A stretch of 64,000 nucleotides of DNA, from NCBI GenBank assembly GCA_039923455.1, contig JBDTCS010000135.1, positions 13,492 through 77,491 of the forward strand, read 5' to 3'. Below the pieces are notes generated by a model. That model made no database searches. It was not told where the DNA came from and worked only from the letters and a program-made list of their open reading frames with translations. The position numbers were made by a program, and so were the translations under genes. Below, one piece after another: positions 39,167 to 48,864 of this stretch. Numbering within the stretch: the first letter of the stretch is position 1; each line of letters starts with the position of its first letter. This DNA is from Candidatus Kapaibacterium sp. Its GTDB lineage: Bacteria > Bacteroidota > Ignavibacteria > Palsa-1295.

Positions 39167-40480
39167 ATGCTATTCAGACGAATACATTTTAAAAAGCGTT
39201 TTTGGCATGCCGCGCTTCTTGCTGCCGCAATGCTATCGACACTATGGACTCAGCGATCGGAAGCGCAGGAAAACCCGAACGGGGTTGCCACGATCACGAT
39301 GCACTCGGCAGTTGTCGAAGCATTAGAGCACAATCCAACACTTGGTGCACTACGCTTCGAACCCAAGGCCGCACGTGCGGATGAAGTCACAGCAGGCCTT
39401 CGCCCAAACCCAACTGCGACGGTGAATGCCGATTTGCTGCCAAGTGATGGGCTCTCCAGCAAGGACAAAAACTATGGCATATCGCTCAGCTTTCCATTCG
39501 AACTCGGCGGAAAGCGAGATGCCCGTTTGGCTTTTGCAAGGGAAGGGAGTTCACTCGCGGATCTGCAATACGCGGATGCACTACGACAAACGACGCTTGC
39601 AGTGCGCCTAAGTTATATCGACTTCGCAAGCACGCGAGCGCGAGCGCTTGCGACACAAGAGAATCTTGGTCTCCTCGATTCGCTCGTCATCATCAGCAAG
39701 GCGCGCGTAGCAGGAAAGGATATTGCTCAAGTTGAACTCACACGTACGGAAGTCGAGCGAGAAAAATTTGCACTCGAAAGTGCGAAGGCAATGGAAGATC
39801 ATCGTGCAGCGAGAACCTCTCTTTTTGCTTTACTCGGACGTCCGGCCGGCCAGGTAATTCAATTGCCCGATACGACACTATTTATTGCTGTCGCGGCTAT
39901 CTCAAAACGTGAGTTGCCATCACTCGACTCACTTATTGCGACCGCAAGTAGCGCAAGAACTGACATTCAGGCGTTGGAAGCTAACGAGCAATTAGCGGCA
40001 GCAAATGCAGACTTGCAACGGTCGCTCGCTTCGATCGATCTCTCGATCTCGCTTGACTACATGCGTTCACAATCGATTACCTACTACGGCACAACGCTTT
40101 CCTTCCCGTTACCGCTCTTCAATCGGAATCAGGGCGAGATCGAGAAAGCAAGTATCCGACAAGAGCAAGTGAAGCAGCAAACATTCGCTGCGCTCGCACA
40201 GCTTCGTGCCGATGTAACGAACGCTTGGTTCGACGCTAAGAATAAACAGCACACACTCCGAACGCTTGTCGAGAGTGTTCTGCAAAAGTCGTTCGACGTT
40301 CGATCGGCGATTGAATATTCCTATCGCAGGGGCGGCACATCGCTGATCGATTTTCTCGATGCAGCCCGCACATACAACGAGCTCCGGCAATCTTATGTCG
40401 ATGCACTCGGTGACTACGCAAAAAGTTTGGTAACTCTCAACGCAATTATCGGAAAGGATATTTTCAATGAAATTCAATAA
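39167..40480 (+). CDS. TolC-family outer-membrane efflux protein (CzcC/CusC-like)
   Basis: Signal peptide and two-repeat TolC-like coiled-coil architecture. First gene of an OMF-MFP-RND operon; 14-bp overlap with the next gene. Confidence 0.75.
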   Translation: MLFRRIHFKKRFWHAALLAAAMLSTLWTQRSEAQENPNGVATITMHSAVVEALEHNPTLGALRFEPKAARADEVTAGLRPNPTATVNADLLPSDGLSSKDKNYGISLSFPFELGGKRDARLAFAREGSSLADLQYADALRQTTLAVRLSYIDFASTRARALATQENLGLLDSLVIISKARVAGKDIAQVELTRTEVEREKFALESAKAMEDHRAARTSLFALLGRPAGQVIQLPDTTLFIAVAAISKRELPSLDSLIATASSARTDIQALEANEQLAAANADLQRSLASIDLSISLDYMRSQSITYYGTTLSFPLPLFNRNQGEIEKASIRQEQVKQQTFAALAQLRADVTNAWFDAKNKQHTLRTLVESVLQKSFDVRSAIEYSYRRGGTSLIDFLDAARTYNELRQSYVDALGDYAKSLVTLNAIIGKDIFNEIQ

Positions 40481-41498
40481 ATCATTCCTCACACAAGCTC
40501 GTAAACAACGAGTGAGTCTAAGTTTAATTGTAGTGTTGTTCGGCACATTCGGACTGCACTCGTGCACAACCACAGAACATCCGAACGAAAAGAGCACGGT
40601 CGATACTGGTGCGGCCTCCAGAATTCGACCCATCGTTTCGGCTAATGGCGAGAAGATCACTTTCTCGGAAGGAGATTCATCCCGCAAGGTCTTGACCCTC
40701 GGCAAAGCGGAATTTAAGAATGTCTCGATCACGACTACCGCTCCTGCTCGAATTATTCTCACTACGGTCTCGACGCCCGGCTCGAAGATTAGTGTGCCGG
40801 TTTTCGAGACATCCGATCTAACGCAACTTTTCACAGACTACACACGCGCCAAACACGACCTTGGCCGAGCAACAAGAGAGCTCGAACGCTTGCGTGATCT
40901 TTTTGCGCATAATGCGGTCGCCGGCAAAGACGTCACACAGGCCGAGAGCGATCAACTATCCGCACAAGTCACTCTGACGGGTCTTGAGTCACGATTGCTT
41001 ACAGCCGGGCTCTCAGCGAATGAACTGGAGCATTTGCGTCCGGATATTTCGCTCTTACTCGCCAATGTTCCGGAGTCCGAGATTACCAGTGTACAGATGG
41101 GCGAGGATGCACAGATCGAATTCGATTCGTTTCGTGGCGAGATTATGCACGGTCGTGTGCTCGATATCGGTCACGCCGTCGATCCGACTACTCGCACGTT
41201 CAATGTGCGAATCGAGCTTGCCAACAAGGTCAAGATGCTGCGCCCAGGCATGTTCGCACGTGCTTCGTTCGGTGTGGATGTGTTGCGCAGATTTGTGGTG
41301 CCACAATCTGCTGTCGTCTCTGTGCAAGGGAAGTCTTTCGTGTTTGTAACGACGGATGGAAAAAGCTTCGAACGCCGAGAAGTCACACTCGGTCAACAAT
41401 CCAAAAGCGATTTCATCATCATGAGTGGCCTGGCCGAAGGTGAATCGGTGGTGACAGAAGGTGCAGTCCTGCTCAAAGGTCTGAGCTTCGGATCATAA
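40467..41498 (+). CDS. Efflux RND transporter periplasmic adaptor subunit (MFP; CzcB/CusB-like)
   Basis: Lipoprotein-like N-terminus, coiled-coil hairpin, beta-barrel/MP domains (..MLRPGMFARASF..VPQSAVV..GKSFVFV..). Confidence 0.8.
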   Translation: MKFNKSFLTQARKQRVSLSLIVVLFGTFGLHSCTTTEHPNEKSTVDTGAASRIRPIVSANGEKITFSEGDSSRKVLTLGKAEFKNVSITTTAPARIILTTVSTPGSKISVPVFETSDLTQLFTDYTRAKHDLGRATRELERLRDLFAHNAVAGKDVTQAESDQLSAQVTLTGLESRLLTAGLSANELEHLRPDISLLLANVPESEITSVQMGEDAQIEFDSFRGEIMHGRVLDIGHAVDPTTRTFNVRIELANKVKMLRPGMFARASFGVDVLRRFVVPQSAVVSVQGKSFVFVTTDGKSFERREVTLGQQSKSDFIIMSGLAEGESVVTEGAVLLKGLSFGS

Positions 41499-41529
41499 CA
41501 ATCTCAATGTAAAGACAAGGAGAAAAATT

Positions 41530-44500
41530 ATGATTCGCAAATTAGTACATTTCGCAATGCGGCAGCGCGTGCTGACGCTCTTGTTTGCGCTGCTCATAAT
41601 CGTGGGTGGCATCGCATCGTATCTCACGCTCAAGATCGAGGCCTATCCGGATGTCGCTGACACCGAAGTAGATGTGATCACAAAATATCCGGGTCGTGCA
41701 GCAGCAGAAGTCGAGCAACAAGTCACGATACCTATTGAGCGTGCACTCAATTCTGTTCCACGAGTTGTGAACAGACGCTCGCGCACGATCTTTGGTCTCT
41801 CGATCGTAAAGCTCACGTTCGATGAAGGCACCGACGATTATTTCGCACGGCAGCAAGTGATAGAAAAATTGCGTGGGGCGGATATTCCGGATGGGCTTAA
41901 TCCCGATCTGGCACCGCTATCTACACCAGTCGGAGAAATATTCCGATACGTAATCGAAGGGAAGCCCGGCATCAGCGCAATGGATCTTCGCACGTTGCAA
42001 GATTGGGTTGTCGTGCCAAAGCTGTTGCAAGCCAAAGGTGTAGCTGATGTTGCGAACTTTGGTGGATTGGTGAAGCAGTTTAGTGTGATCCTCGATCCGA
42101 TCAAACTGCGTAAATATGCACTCACCGTTAATGCCGTTCAAACCGCGATACAGGCGAACAATTCAAACACCGGCGGTAACATCATCGAGCGAGGCAGCCA
42201 GGGACTATCGATTCGAGGCATTGGTACCATTCGTTCGGCGGATGACATTGCTTCGATCGTACTTGCTTCGAGCAACTCCACCGGCACGCCGATCTTTGTG
42301 AAAGATGTCGGCTCGATCGAGATCACTGCGCTTCCACCATCCGGCGTACTTGGCTATACGGACATCGCTCGACACAACGACGTAAGTAATGGCGTCGAAG
42401 GCATCGTCTTGATGCGCCGTGGTGAAAACCCCAGCGAGGTGCTTAAATCGTTGAAAGAAAAACTTGAGGAGGCGAAGGCCGCCATGCCGGAAGGCGTGGA
42501 GATCTTCACGATTTATGATCGCAGTGAACTAGTCGAGAACACGCTGCACACCGTCAGTCACACGTTGATCGAAGGTGTGACGATCGTCGTGATTATTCTT
42601 CTCTTCTTCCTCGGGAATATACGGGCCGCACTACTTACCGCAATCACGATTCCGCTATCCCTGCTTTTCGCATTCATCGTGATGCGGTTCACTGGTATCC
42701 CTGCGAATTTGCTTTCCCTCGGAGCGATTGACTTCGGCATCATTGTCGATGGCGCGGTGATCATGACCGAAGCGATCATGCGAAAATTTTCGCATACACC
42801 GAAAGATGTGCGTGATCGACTCGGTACCGTCCGGTTGATCCTCGAGGCTACGCAAGAGGTTGATCGACAGATATTTTTTTCTGTTGTGATCATCATAATT
42901 GCGTATCTACCACTGTTCACGCTTACTCGCGTGGAAGGGAAGCTGTTCTCACCTATGGCATATACCCTCTCGTATGCCATAGGTGGCTCACTTCTCTTTG
43001 CATTGACGGTCGTGCCGGTTATCGCGACCTATCTCTTCCGTTCGGGTGTGGTCAAGGAGTGGGAGAACCCCATTGTAAAACTCCTTGATCGCTCCTACGG
43101 AAGACTTACCGCAACGCTACTCAAATATCGGAAGCTCGTACTGGCTTCCGCAGTTTGCGTTGTGCTTGGTGCGCTTTTCATTGGATCACAACTCGGTACC
43201 GAGTTCTTACCTGAACTCGATGAAGGTGCGGTCGTCATTCGAACCGTGTTGCCGGCAGGTATTTCGCTGACCGAGGCCGCGCATTATCCGCCCATGATTC
43301 GAGAGGTCGTCAGCGCATTCCCGGAAGCGCGAGTGGTCATCACGCATCTGGGTCGCAATGATGATGGTACGGATCCCTACGGCCCGAACCGCATTGAGAC
43401 CCATATCGAACTCACGAAGTATGACACATGGCCGAGCGGAGTCGACAAGCATCAATTGCTGAAGGAGATAAAAGCAGGGCTCGAAAACAAAATACCCGGA
43501 GCGTCATTCAGCTTTTCGCAACCTATCCTTGACAATGTGACAGAAGCCGTCACGGGGTCAAGTGCCGATCTTGCGGTGCTGGTGAATGGAGATGATCTTG
43601 GTAAATTGCGAGCCTACGCCGACACCATCTATCACGTGATAAAAGGCATTCGCGGAGCGACCGAGTCGGGCATCGAGGAAGAGGGGGATCAAGCGCAACT
43701 GCGTATCGAAGTGAAGCGCCAAGCAGCGGCGCGCTATGGTATTAATGTTCGTGATGTCGAAGATGTGATAGAGTTGGCTGTTGCAGGAAAGCCCGTCAGC
43801 ACACTCTACGAAGGTGAGCGGAAGTTTGATATCGTGGTACGCTATCAAGCAAATACGCGTTCGACCGTCGAGGAAGTATCGCGACTTGAAGTAACTTCAC
43901 CGGCGGGTCAGCGCATTCCGATCTCCGAACTTGCCGACATTCGTATCGAAGATGGCTCGACGATCATCGCAAGAGAAGATGGGCACAGACAAGTTGGCGT
44001 GCGAACGAACGTTCGTGAACGCGATCAAGGAAGCTTTGTCGCGGAGGCGCAAGCAAAAGTTGCGCAGGTGTTGCATCTGCAAAAAGGCTATTCGGTCGAT
44101 TGGGGTGGACAATTCGAAAATCTGACGCGCGCGAAAGATCATCTTGTGGTGATCATTCCGATTACGCTATTTTTGATTTTTGGCTTACTCTTCATCACTT
44201 TCAAGTCTGTGAAATATGCACTCATCGTTTTGGTGAATGTTCCGCTTGCACTCGTCGGTGGTATTCTGGCATTGTGGGGCCGTGGTATCAACTTCTCGGT
44301 CTCCTCCGGTGTCGGATTTATATCGTTGTTCGGTGTGGCTGTGATGTCGGGAGTCTTGCTGATCGCTCGGTTTAATCAGCTTCGTTTCGTGCACCACATG
44401 CCGCTTAAGGAAGCAGTCGAGCAAGGTGCACGCGATGAATTGCGACCGATACTTATGATGATGCTTGTTGCATTGCTTGGCCTCATTCCCGCATCGCTCG

Positions 44501-44766
44501 CAACGGGAATAGGTTCGGACGTGCAGCGACCGCTTGCAACCGTGATCGTCGGAGGTTTGGCGAGTGCTTTGCTGCTCACACTCATTGTGTTGCCTGCGTT
44601 ATATTATTCCATCGAGAAGCGAGGGAGAGTCAACAAAGCCGCTATCGCAATCGAATTGCAAGAGCTTGACGAGCATGATCACGCCTTGCAACTTCGCGAA
44701 GAGCACGATCGCGAACTTCGGGAGTTGCGTGAGCAACAAAATAATAGTGACACTCACAAACAGTGA
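41530..44766 (+). CDS. czcA: Heavy-metal efflux RND permease, CusA/CzcA family
   Basis: 1078 aa; 12-TM RND topology; HME-RND-type conserved blocks (..GAIDFGIIVDGAVIM.. , ..ISLFGVAVMSGVLL..). Third gene of the operon. Confidence 0.9.
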   Translation: MIRKLVHFAMRQRVLTLLFALLIIVGGIASYLTLKIEAYPDVADTEVDVITKYPGRAAAEVEQQVTIPIERALNSVPRVVNRRSRTIFGLSIVKLTFDEGTDDYFARQQVIEKLRGADIPDGLNPDLAPLSTPVGEIFRYVIEGKPGISAMDLRTLQDWVVVPKLLQAKGVADVANFGGLVKQFSVILDPIKLRKYALTVNAVQTAIQANNSNTGGNIIERGSQGLSIRGIGTIRSADDIASIVLASSNSTGTPIFVKDVGSIEITALPPSGVLGYTDIARHNDVSNGVEGIVLMRRGENPSEVLKSLKEKLEEAKAAMPEGVEIFTIYDRSELVENTLHTVSHTLIEGVTIVVIILLFFLGNIRAALLTAITIPLSLLFAFIVMRFTGIPANLLSLGAIDFGIIVDGAVIMTEAIMRKFSHTPKDVRDRLGTVRLILEATQEVDRQIFFSVVIIIIAYLPLFTLTRVEGKLFSPMAYTLSYAIGGSLLFALTVVPVIATYLFRSGVVKEWENPIVKLLDRSYGRLTATLLKYRKLVLASAVCVVLGALFIGSQLGTEFLPELDEGAVVIRTVLPAGISLTEAAHYPPMIREVVSAFPEARVVITHLGRNDDGTDPYGPNRIETHIELTKYDTWPSGVDKHQLLKEIKAGLENKIPGASFSFSQPILDNVTEAVTGSSADLAVLVNGDDLGKLRAYADTIYHVIKGIRGATESGIEEEGDQAQLRIEVKRQAAARYGINVRDVEDVIELAVAGKPVSTLYEGERKFDIVVRYQANTRSTVEEVSRLEVTSPAGQRIPISELADIRIEDGSTIIAREDGHRQVGVRTNVRERDQGSFVAEAQAKVAQVLHLQKGYSVDWGGQFENLTRAKDHLVVIIPITLFLIFGLLFITFKSVKYALIVLVNVPLALVGGILALWGRGINFSVSSGVGFISLFGVAVMSGVLLIARFNQLRFVHHMPLKEAVEQGARDELRPILMMMLVALLGLIPASLATGIGSDVQRPLATVIVGGLASALLLTLIVLPALYYSIEKRGRVNKAAIAIELQELDEHDHALQLREEHDRELRELREQQNNSDTHKQ

Positions 44767-44777
44767 CGAGTCAATGC

Positions 44778-44803
44778 GAAAGGCCTCGGTTACGAGGCCT
44801 TTC
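44778..44803. terminator. Bidirectional stem-loop between convergent czcA and a small secreted-protein gene (no clear U-tract)
   Basis: 11-bp perfect stem gaaaggcctcg/cgaggcctttc with a 4-nt loop. It overlaps the stop of the minus-strand gene. Confidence 0.4.
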
Positions 44804-45383
44804 CAAAATGCCTGCGCTCGAATTCCTCAATACTTAACCACTCCCGCGCGTGGAGCTCTTTGAGCCACACCACGCCTGTGAGCAGATTCAGTTTGAAATC
44901 GCAAGACCAATCCTGCTCACATCCTATGTCGTGCTCGATCGAGCCAAAACGTGTGCTATCGAAGGTGATAGAATCTTCGTTCACATAAAAGTTGTAACCA
45001 CTCGGGCAGCGACTCATCATTCCGCGCATCACTTTGAGTGTATCGTGGCGCTGAAACATCGGCATCGCGCGCTTGCTCATCAGCACGTAGTAATTCCTGT
45101 AGGGCTCTTCGAGAAACGTGAGCGGGTCCGCGTCATCCGTCTCATCTTCATCTGGCATATCACCGACTGTATCGAACTTGTTCGCGCTAAGCGCGAGGGT
45201 GTCGGTCACAGGTAGCTTCGCTACGAGTGTCGGAACTGCAGTGGATTGCGCAGGCACGAGCAGCGAAATTATAGCTTGCTTTGAACTTTTGGGATGACGA
45301 TTTGTGCGGCCCTTGGCGATATACATATAACCAACCAAAGCGATTGCGAAGACGAGTAGCAGAGCGATCTGCGAGCGTTTCAT
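44790..45383 (-). CDS. Small secreted/lipoprotein-like hypothetical protein, paralog A
   Basis: Signal peptide MKRSQIALLLVFAIALVGYMYIA. Shares with its neighbour the motifs MSRCPSGY and C-terminal EWLS..E..R.FGKAS. Confidence 0.5.
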   Translation of the reverse strand: MKRSQIALLLVFAIALVGYMYIAKGRTNRHPKSSKQAIISLLVPAQSTAVPTLVAKLPVTDTLALSANKFDTVGDMPDEDETDDADPLTFLEEPYRNYYVLMSKRAMPMFQRHDTLKVMRGMMSRCPSGYNFYVNEDSITFDSTRFGSIEHDIGCEQDWSCDFKLNLLTGVVWLKELHAREWLSIEEFERRHFGKAS

Positions 45384-45460
45384 GATTCACCTCTTACAAA
45401 AATGCGCGCGAAGAAATGACAACGTGAAGAAAACGTATGAAGACAACTCATACAGAAAAC

Positions 45461-45904
45461 TTAGGATGCTTTTCCGAATTTGCGCAATTCATAGTCGTAT
45501 AAGCTGAGCCATTCGGTAGCACCTTCGTCATGCAAGTATACGACACCAAGGGCAAGATCGATCTTGAATTCGGCGAGATTCCGTGTCCCGCATCCAATCG
45601 AAAGCTGCGCAACTCCGAACTCAAGGTTCTTATCAGCTTGCTTAAGATTCATAACAAACCCATACCCACTCGGGCAACGGCTCATGCGGCTCAATTCGAA
45701 CCCTGGGGAAGGAATGTGGCGTTCGAACATCGGAAATATACTTTTCCGCATCAGATTGTTAACGATCTCGATCGCTGGCACGGAGTCGGCTTTAGCGAAT
45801 AATTTGTCCGAAGCCGTACCTATTGACGCTGTGTGTCCGGACGTTACACCTGCCGTAACTCCAAGCCCGATAACGAGTAATGTGATGAATAATGTTGATC
45901 TCAT
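45461..45904 (-). CDS. Small secreted hypothetical protein, paralog B (tandem duplicate of 44790-45383)
   Basis: Signal peptide MRSTLFITLLVIGLGVTAG. Conserved MSRCPSGYGF, IGCG and EWLSLYDYELRKFGKAS align with paralog A. Confidence 0.5.
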   Translation of the reverse strand: MRSTLFITLLVIGLGVTAGVTSGHTASIGTASDKLFAKADSVPAIEIVNNLMRKSIFPMFERHIPSPGFELSRMSRCPSGYGFVMNLKQADKNLEFGVAQLSIGCGTRNLAEFKIDLALGVVYLHDEGATEWLSLYDYELRKFGKAS

Positions 45905-45948
45905 GGTGATTTCCCCAGGATATTTTGCGGATACTATTTATAAGCCGT

Positions 45949-46728
45949 TCATTCGGCGGTCACTAAATTAGTAACACTTGCATCATGCATTCGACTCACT
46001 GTGCCCTTACGTCTTATTTTCAATCGTATCACGCTTTCCACTACGCCCCAATTGATCATCCAACTAACCCAAGCGCTGAGCACGATCACGAGTGAGTGCT
46101 CCATCCCAAGTACGAGCGAAGCAAACGGCACCCAAAGTCGAAGCGTCACCGCAGCAAATGTGAGCGCGTAACTTCGATACATCCATTCACGGTGCGCCGT
46201 GAAGTCACGTGCTCGAGCTGAACGATATGCCATTAATGTAGTATGAAACCAGAAGATCGCGAGCGTCGCAAAGCCAAGCGCAGCAATTGGGCCACCGTTT
46301 GCAAGGAATGCCATATAGAATCCACCCGGCGCTGCAATGAGAAGTATTGCTGCAACATAAATCTTCCCAAGCGTTCGATGGGCCTTGCGAAACTTCTTGC
46401 GCGAAACGCTCAGAAGTTGAAATGGACCAATGATGAGCGCAAGCATTCCACCGCTAATATGAATATAGAAGAAGCTTCGCCAAATAAGATCCTTCGGCAA
46501 GTCGCCTTTCGCGAGCAGGAAATTGATATCCGGACGAAACGAGAAGTAGGGGATCGTAATCGCGAAAAGAAGCAACGCGAAGAATGCCATCACACTCCAA
46601 GCGCCGAGTCTGAGGTATTTGATCGGGAAAACCGTACGCGATGCGGGCCTTGACATTCGATGGAATGACAGATAATCGGAAGAGACACTGGTCACACTAA
46701 TTCCGTTCACCATCCTTGCTGGTAACAA
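45949..46728 (-). CDS. DUF2306-like integral membrane protein
   Basis: ~6 TM helices and an HRxxGxxY-like motif (AHRTLGKIYV). 259 aa; the start is uncertain. Confidence 0.5.
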   Translation of the reverse strand: MLPARMVNGISVTSVSSDYLSFHRMSRPASRTVFPIKYLRLGAWSVMAFFALLLFAITIPYFSFRPDINFLLAKGDLPKDLIWRSFFYIHISGGMLALIIGPFQLLSVSRKKFRKAHRTLGKIYVAAILLIAAPGGFYMAFLANGGPIAALGFATLAIFWFHTTLMAYRSARARDFTAHREWMYRSYALTFAAVTLRLWVPFASLVLGMEHSLVIVLSAWVSWMINWGVVESVIRLKIRRKGTVSRMHDASVTNLVTAE

Positions 46729-46857
46729 TATGCAGCCTCCCTGAAAAGCTACGGGGTAATCATTGTAACTGTTTCATCGCGGATCAAAGAATCCAAACTG
46801 CCTTAGGATAGGTTTGTATGGTGGAATTTCGATCATGCTACAAAGAGGCAAAAACCT

Positions 46858-47997
46858 ATGAATTTCCCTATTTCCAAAGGTAAGGCGACACGTCAGGCGC
46901 ACGTGGATCTGCCGGAAGGTTCGTTCGAAGAAGAGCACGGCAGAGAAGGCTTTTTTGGCCGAGTTTCGCATCTCTATCACGCGCACCCACCGACGGGCTG
47001 GAGTCGGATCGAGGGCAAGCTTCGTCCGCACGCATTTAACTTCAACAAGATTGAGCCCTCAGATATGACCGATCCGCTCGGCGTACCGACGGCTTTACTC
47101 TATAATAACGACGTAATACTGAGCATCTCTCGCAGAGCCGAAGCTGCACCACACTATTCGCGCAATGCAGATGGTGACGAGCTCTTCTTCATTCATCGTG
47201 GAGCAGGAAAAATCGAAACCGATTTTGGCGTCATCGAATATGAAAAAGGTGACTACATTATCATTCCTCGTGCGACAACCTATCGGTTTGTCCCATCGGT
47301 CACGGATAACTTCATCGTGATCATCGAAGCGCATTCTGAAATCTTGCCTGCTACACCGGAACAAAAGGGAATGGTCGGCATGCATGCGATCTTTGATATG
47401 AGTGCTGTGGTGATTCCTGACTTCATTCCGTATGAGAAGGAGGACTCGAACGGTCGAGAGTATGAGATCCGAGTAAAGCGATTGGGCGAATACACTTCGA
47501 TTTTTTATCCATTCAATCCGATCGATCTCGTCGGTTGGAAGGGTGATTTGACGGTGATGAAGATCAACATGCGGGACATTCGCCCGATCATGTCGCATCG
47601 CGTGCATCTACCACCGAGTGCGCACACGACGTTCTTAGCACATAATTTTGTTATCTGCTCCTTCTTGCCTCGTCCGCTCGAAGAAGATCCAACGACGCTT
47701 AAAGTGCCGTTCTATCATCGCAATACCGATTATGATGAGGTGCTATTTTATCACGACGGTGATTTCTTCTCGCGTGATAACATCGAAGCCGGCATGGTGA
47801 CGCTGCATCCACAAGGCATTCATCACGGACCGCACCCTAAGGCATTGCGCAATCAGGACAAGCTGAAGCGCACCGATGAGTACGCAGTGATGCTCGATGC
47901 GAAGAATCCACTTATCATCGCTCCCGAAGCGGAATCGGTTGAGTGGAAAGAGTATTGGAAATCGTGGATGGATAAGCCGGAAGCGGTGAAAGCATAA
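46858..47997 (+). CDS. hmgA: Homogentisate 1,2-dioxygenase (short bacterial form)
   Basis: Cupin-fold dioxygenase with an HGD-like C-terminal metal-site region (..FYHRNTDYDEVLFYHDGDFFSRD..VTLHPQGIHHGPHP..); 379 aa. Confidence 0.65.
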   Translation: MNFPISKGKATRQAHVDLPEGSFEEEHGREGFFGRVSHLYHAHPPTGWSRIEGKLRPHAFNFNKIEPSDMTDPLGVPTALLYNNDVILSISRRAEAAPHYSRNADGDELFFIHRGAGKIETDFGVIEYEKGDYIIIPRATTYRFVPSVTDNFIVIIEAHSEILPATPEQKGMVGMHAIFDMSAVVIPDFIPYEKEDSNGREYEIRVKRLGEYTSIFYPFNPIDLVGWKGDLTVMKINMRDIRPIMSHRVHLPPSAHTTFLAHNFVICSFLPRPLEEDPTTLKVPFYHRNTDYDEVLFYHDGDFFSRDNIEAGMVTLHPQGIHHGPHPKALRNQDKLKRTDEYAVMLDAKNPLIIAPEAESVEWKEYWKSWMDKPEAVKA

Positions 47998-48020
47998 GCC
48001 GGAAGCGGTGAAAGCATAAG
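47977..48020. repeat. Perfect 22-bp tandem duplication (ccggaagcggtgaaagcataag x2) spanning the hmgA stop codon
   Basis: The two copies are exact and adjacent: 47977-47998 and 47999-48020. The TAA stop at 47995-47997 lies in copy 1. Confidence 0.85.
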
Positions 48021-48052
48021 TTGCCTGTTGCACCTCATAAGAGACATGCGTT

Positions 48053-48823
48053 TTGAAATTCAAAAATAAAATAGTCTTCATCACCGGTGCCACCAGTGGC
48101 ATCGGTCACGCAACAGCTCGTGCGTTTGCTTCCGAGGGCGCAAAATTATTGCTTTGTGCGAGACGCACCGAGCGATTGCAAGCTGTTGAGGAAGAATTGC
48201 TTGCGGAGCATCACGGCCTCGTGGTTCACACGTTTACGCTGGATGTTCGCGATCAAAATGCGGTGAGCAATGTGCTGGGAAGACTTCCTGAAAATTGGAG
48301 AGAGATCGACATACTCGTTAACAACGCCGGCTTATCGCGTGGTCTGGACAAATTGCAAGATGGCGTGATCGAAGATTGGGAAGAGATGATCGATACGAAT
48401 GTCAAAGGCTTGCTCTATGTAACCAGGGCGCTGGTGCCTGGTATGATCGAGCGAGGTCGTGGACATATTGTGAACATCGGCTCCATCGCCGGACATGAGG
48501 TTTATCCAAAGGGCAATGTCTATTGCGCTTCAAAACATGCGGTCGATGCAATCACAAAGGGTTTACGAATGGATCTTGTCGATACGCCGCTTCGAGTAAC
48601 GACAATTGATCCGGGTTTGGTCGAGACGGAATTCTCACTTGTTCGCTTTCACGGCGATGCGGACAAAGCCGAGAAAGTGTATCAAGGTTATACGCCGCTT
48701 GCGCCGGATGATATTGCTGATTCGATAATTTGGTGCGTCTCACGTCCTGCGCATGTGCAGATCGCTGAGATAATTATCTTCCCCACTGCACAAGCTGCAG
48801 CGACAATCGTCAACCGAAAATAA
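48053..48823 (+). CDS. SDR-family NADP-dependent oxidoreductase (YdfG-like 3-hydroxy acid dehydrogenase)
   Basis: TGATSGIGHATA Rossmann motif, NNAG, catalytic S..Y(CAS)K; 256 aa. Confidence 0.85.
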   Translation: MKFKNKIVFITGATSGIGHATARAFASEGAKLLLCARRTERLQAVEEELLAEHHGLVVHTFTLDVRDQNAVSNVLGRLPENWREIDILVNNAGLSRGLDKLQDGVIEDWEEMIDTNVKGLLYVTRALVPGMIERGRGHIVNIGSIAGHEVYPKGNVYCASKHAVDAITKGLRMDLVDTPLRVTTIDPGLVETEFSLVRFHGDADKAEKVYQGYTPLAPDDIADSIIWCVSRPAHVQIAEIIIFPTAQAAATIVNRK

Positions 48824-48833
48824 TACGAACGCC

Positions 48834-48864
48834 CCCCAGAGCTTATGCTTCTGGGGTTTCTTCG
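48834..48864 (+). terminator. Intrinsic terminator after the SDR gene; overlaps the 3' end of the convergent YfhO-like gene
   Basis: 8-bp stem ccccagag/ttctgggg with a 7-nt loop, followed by tttcttcg. Confidence 0.5.
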
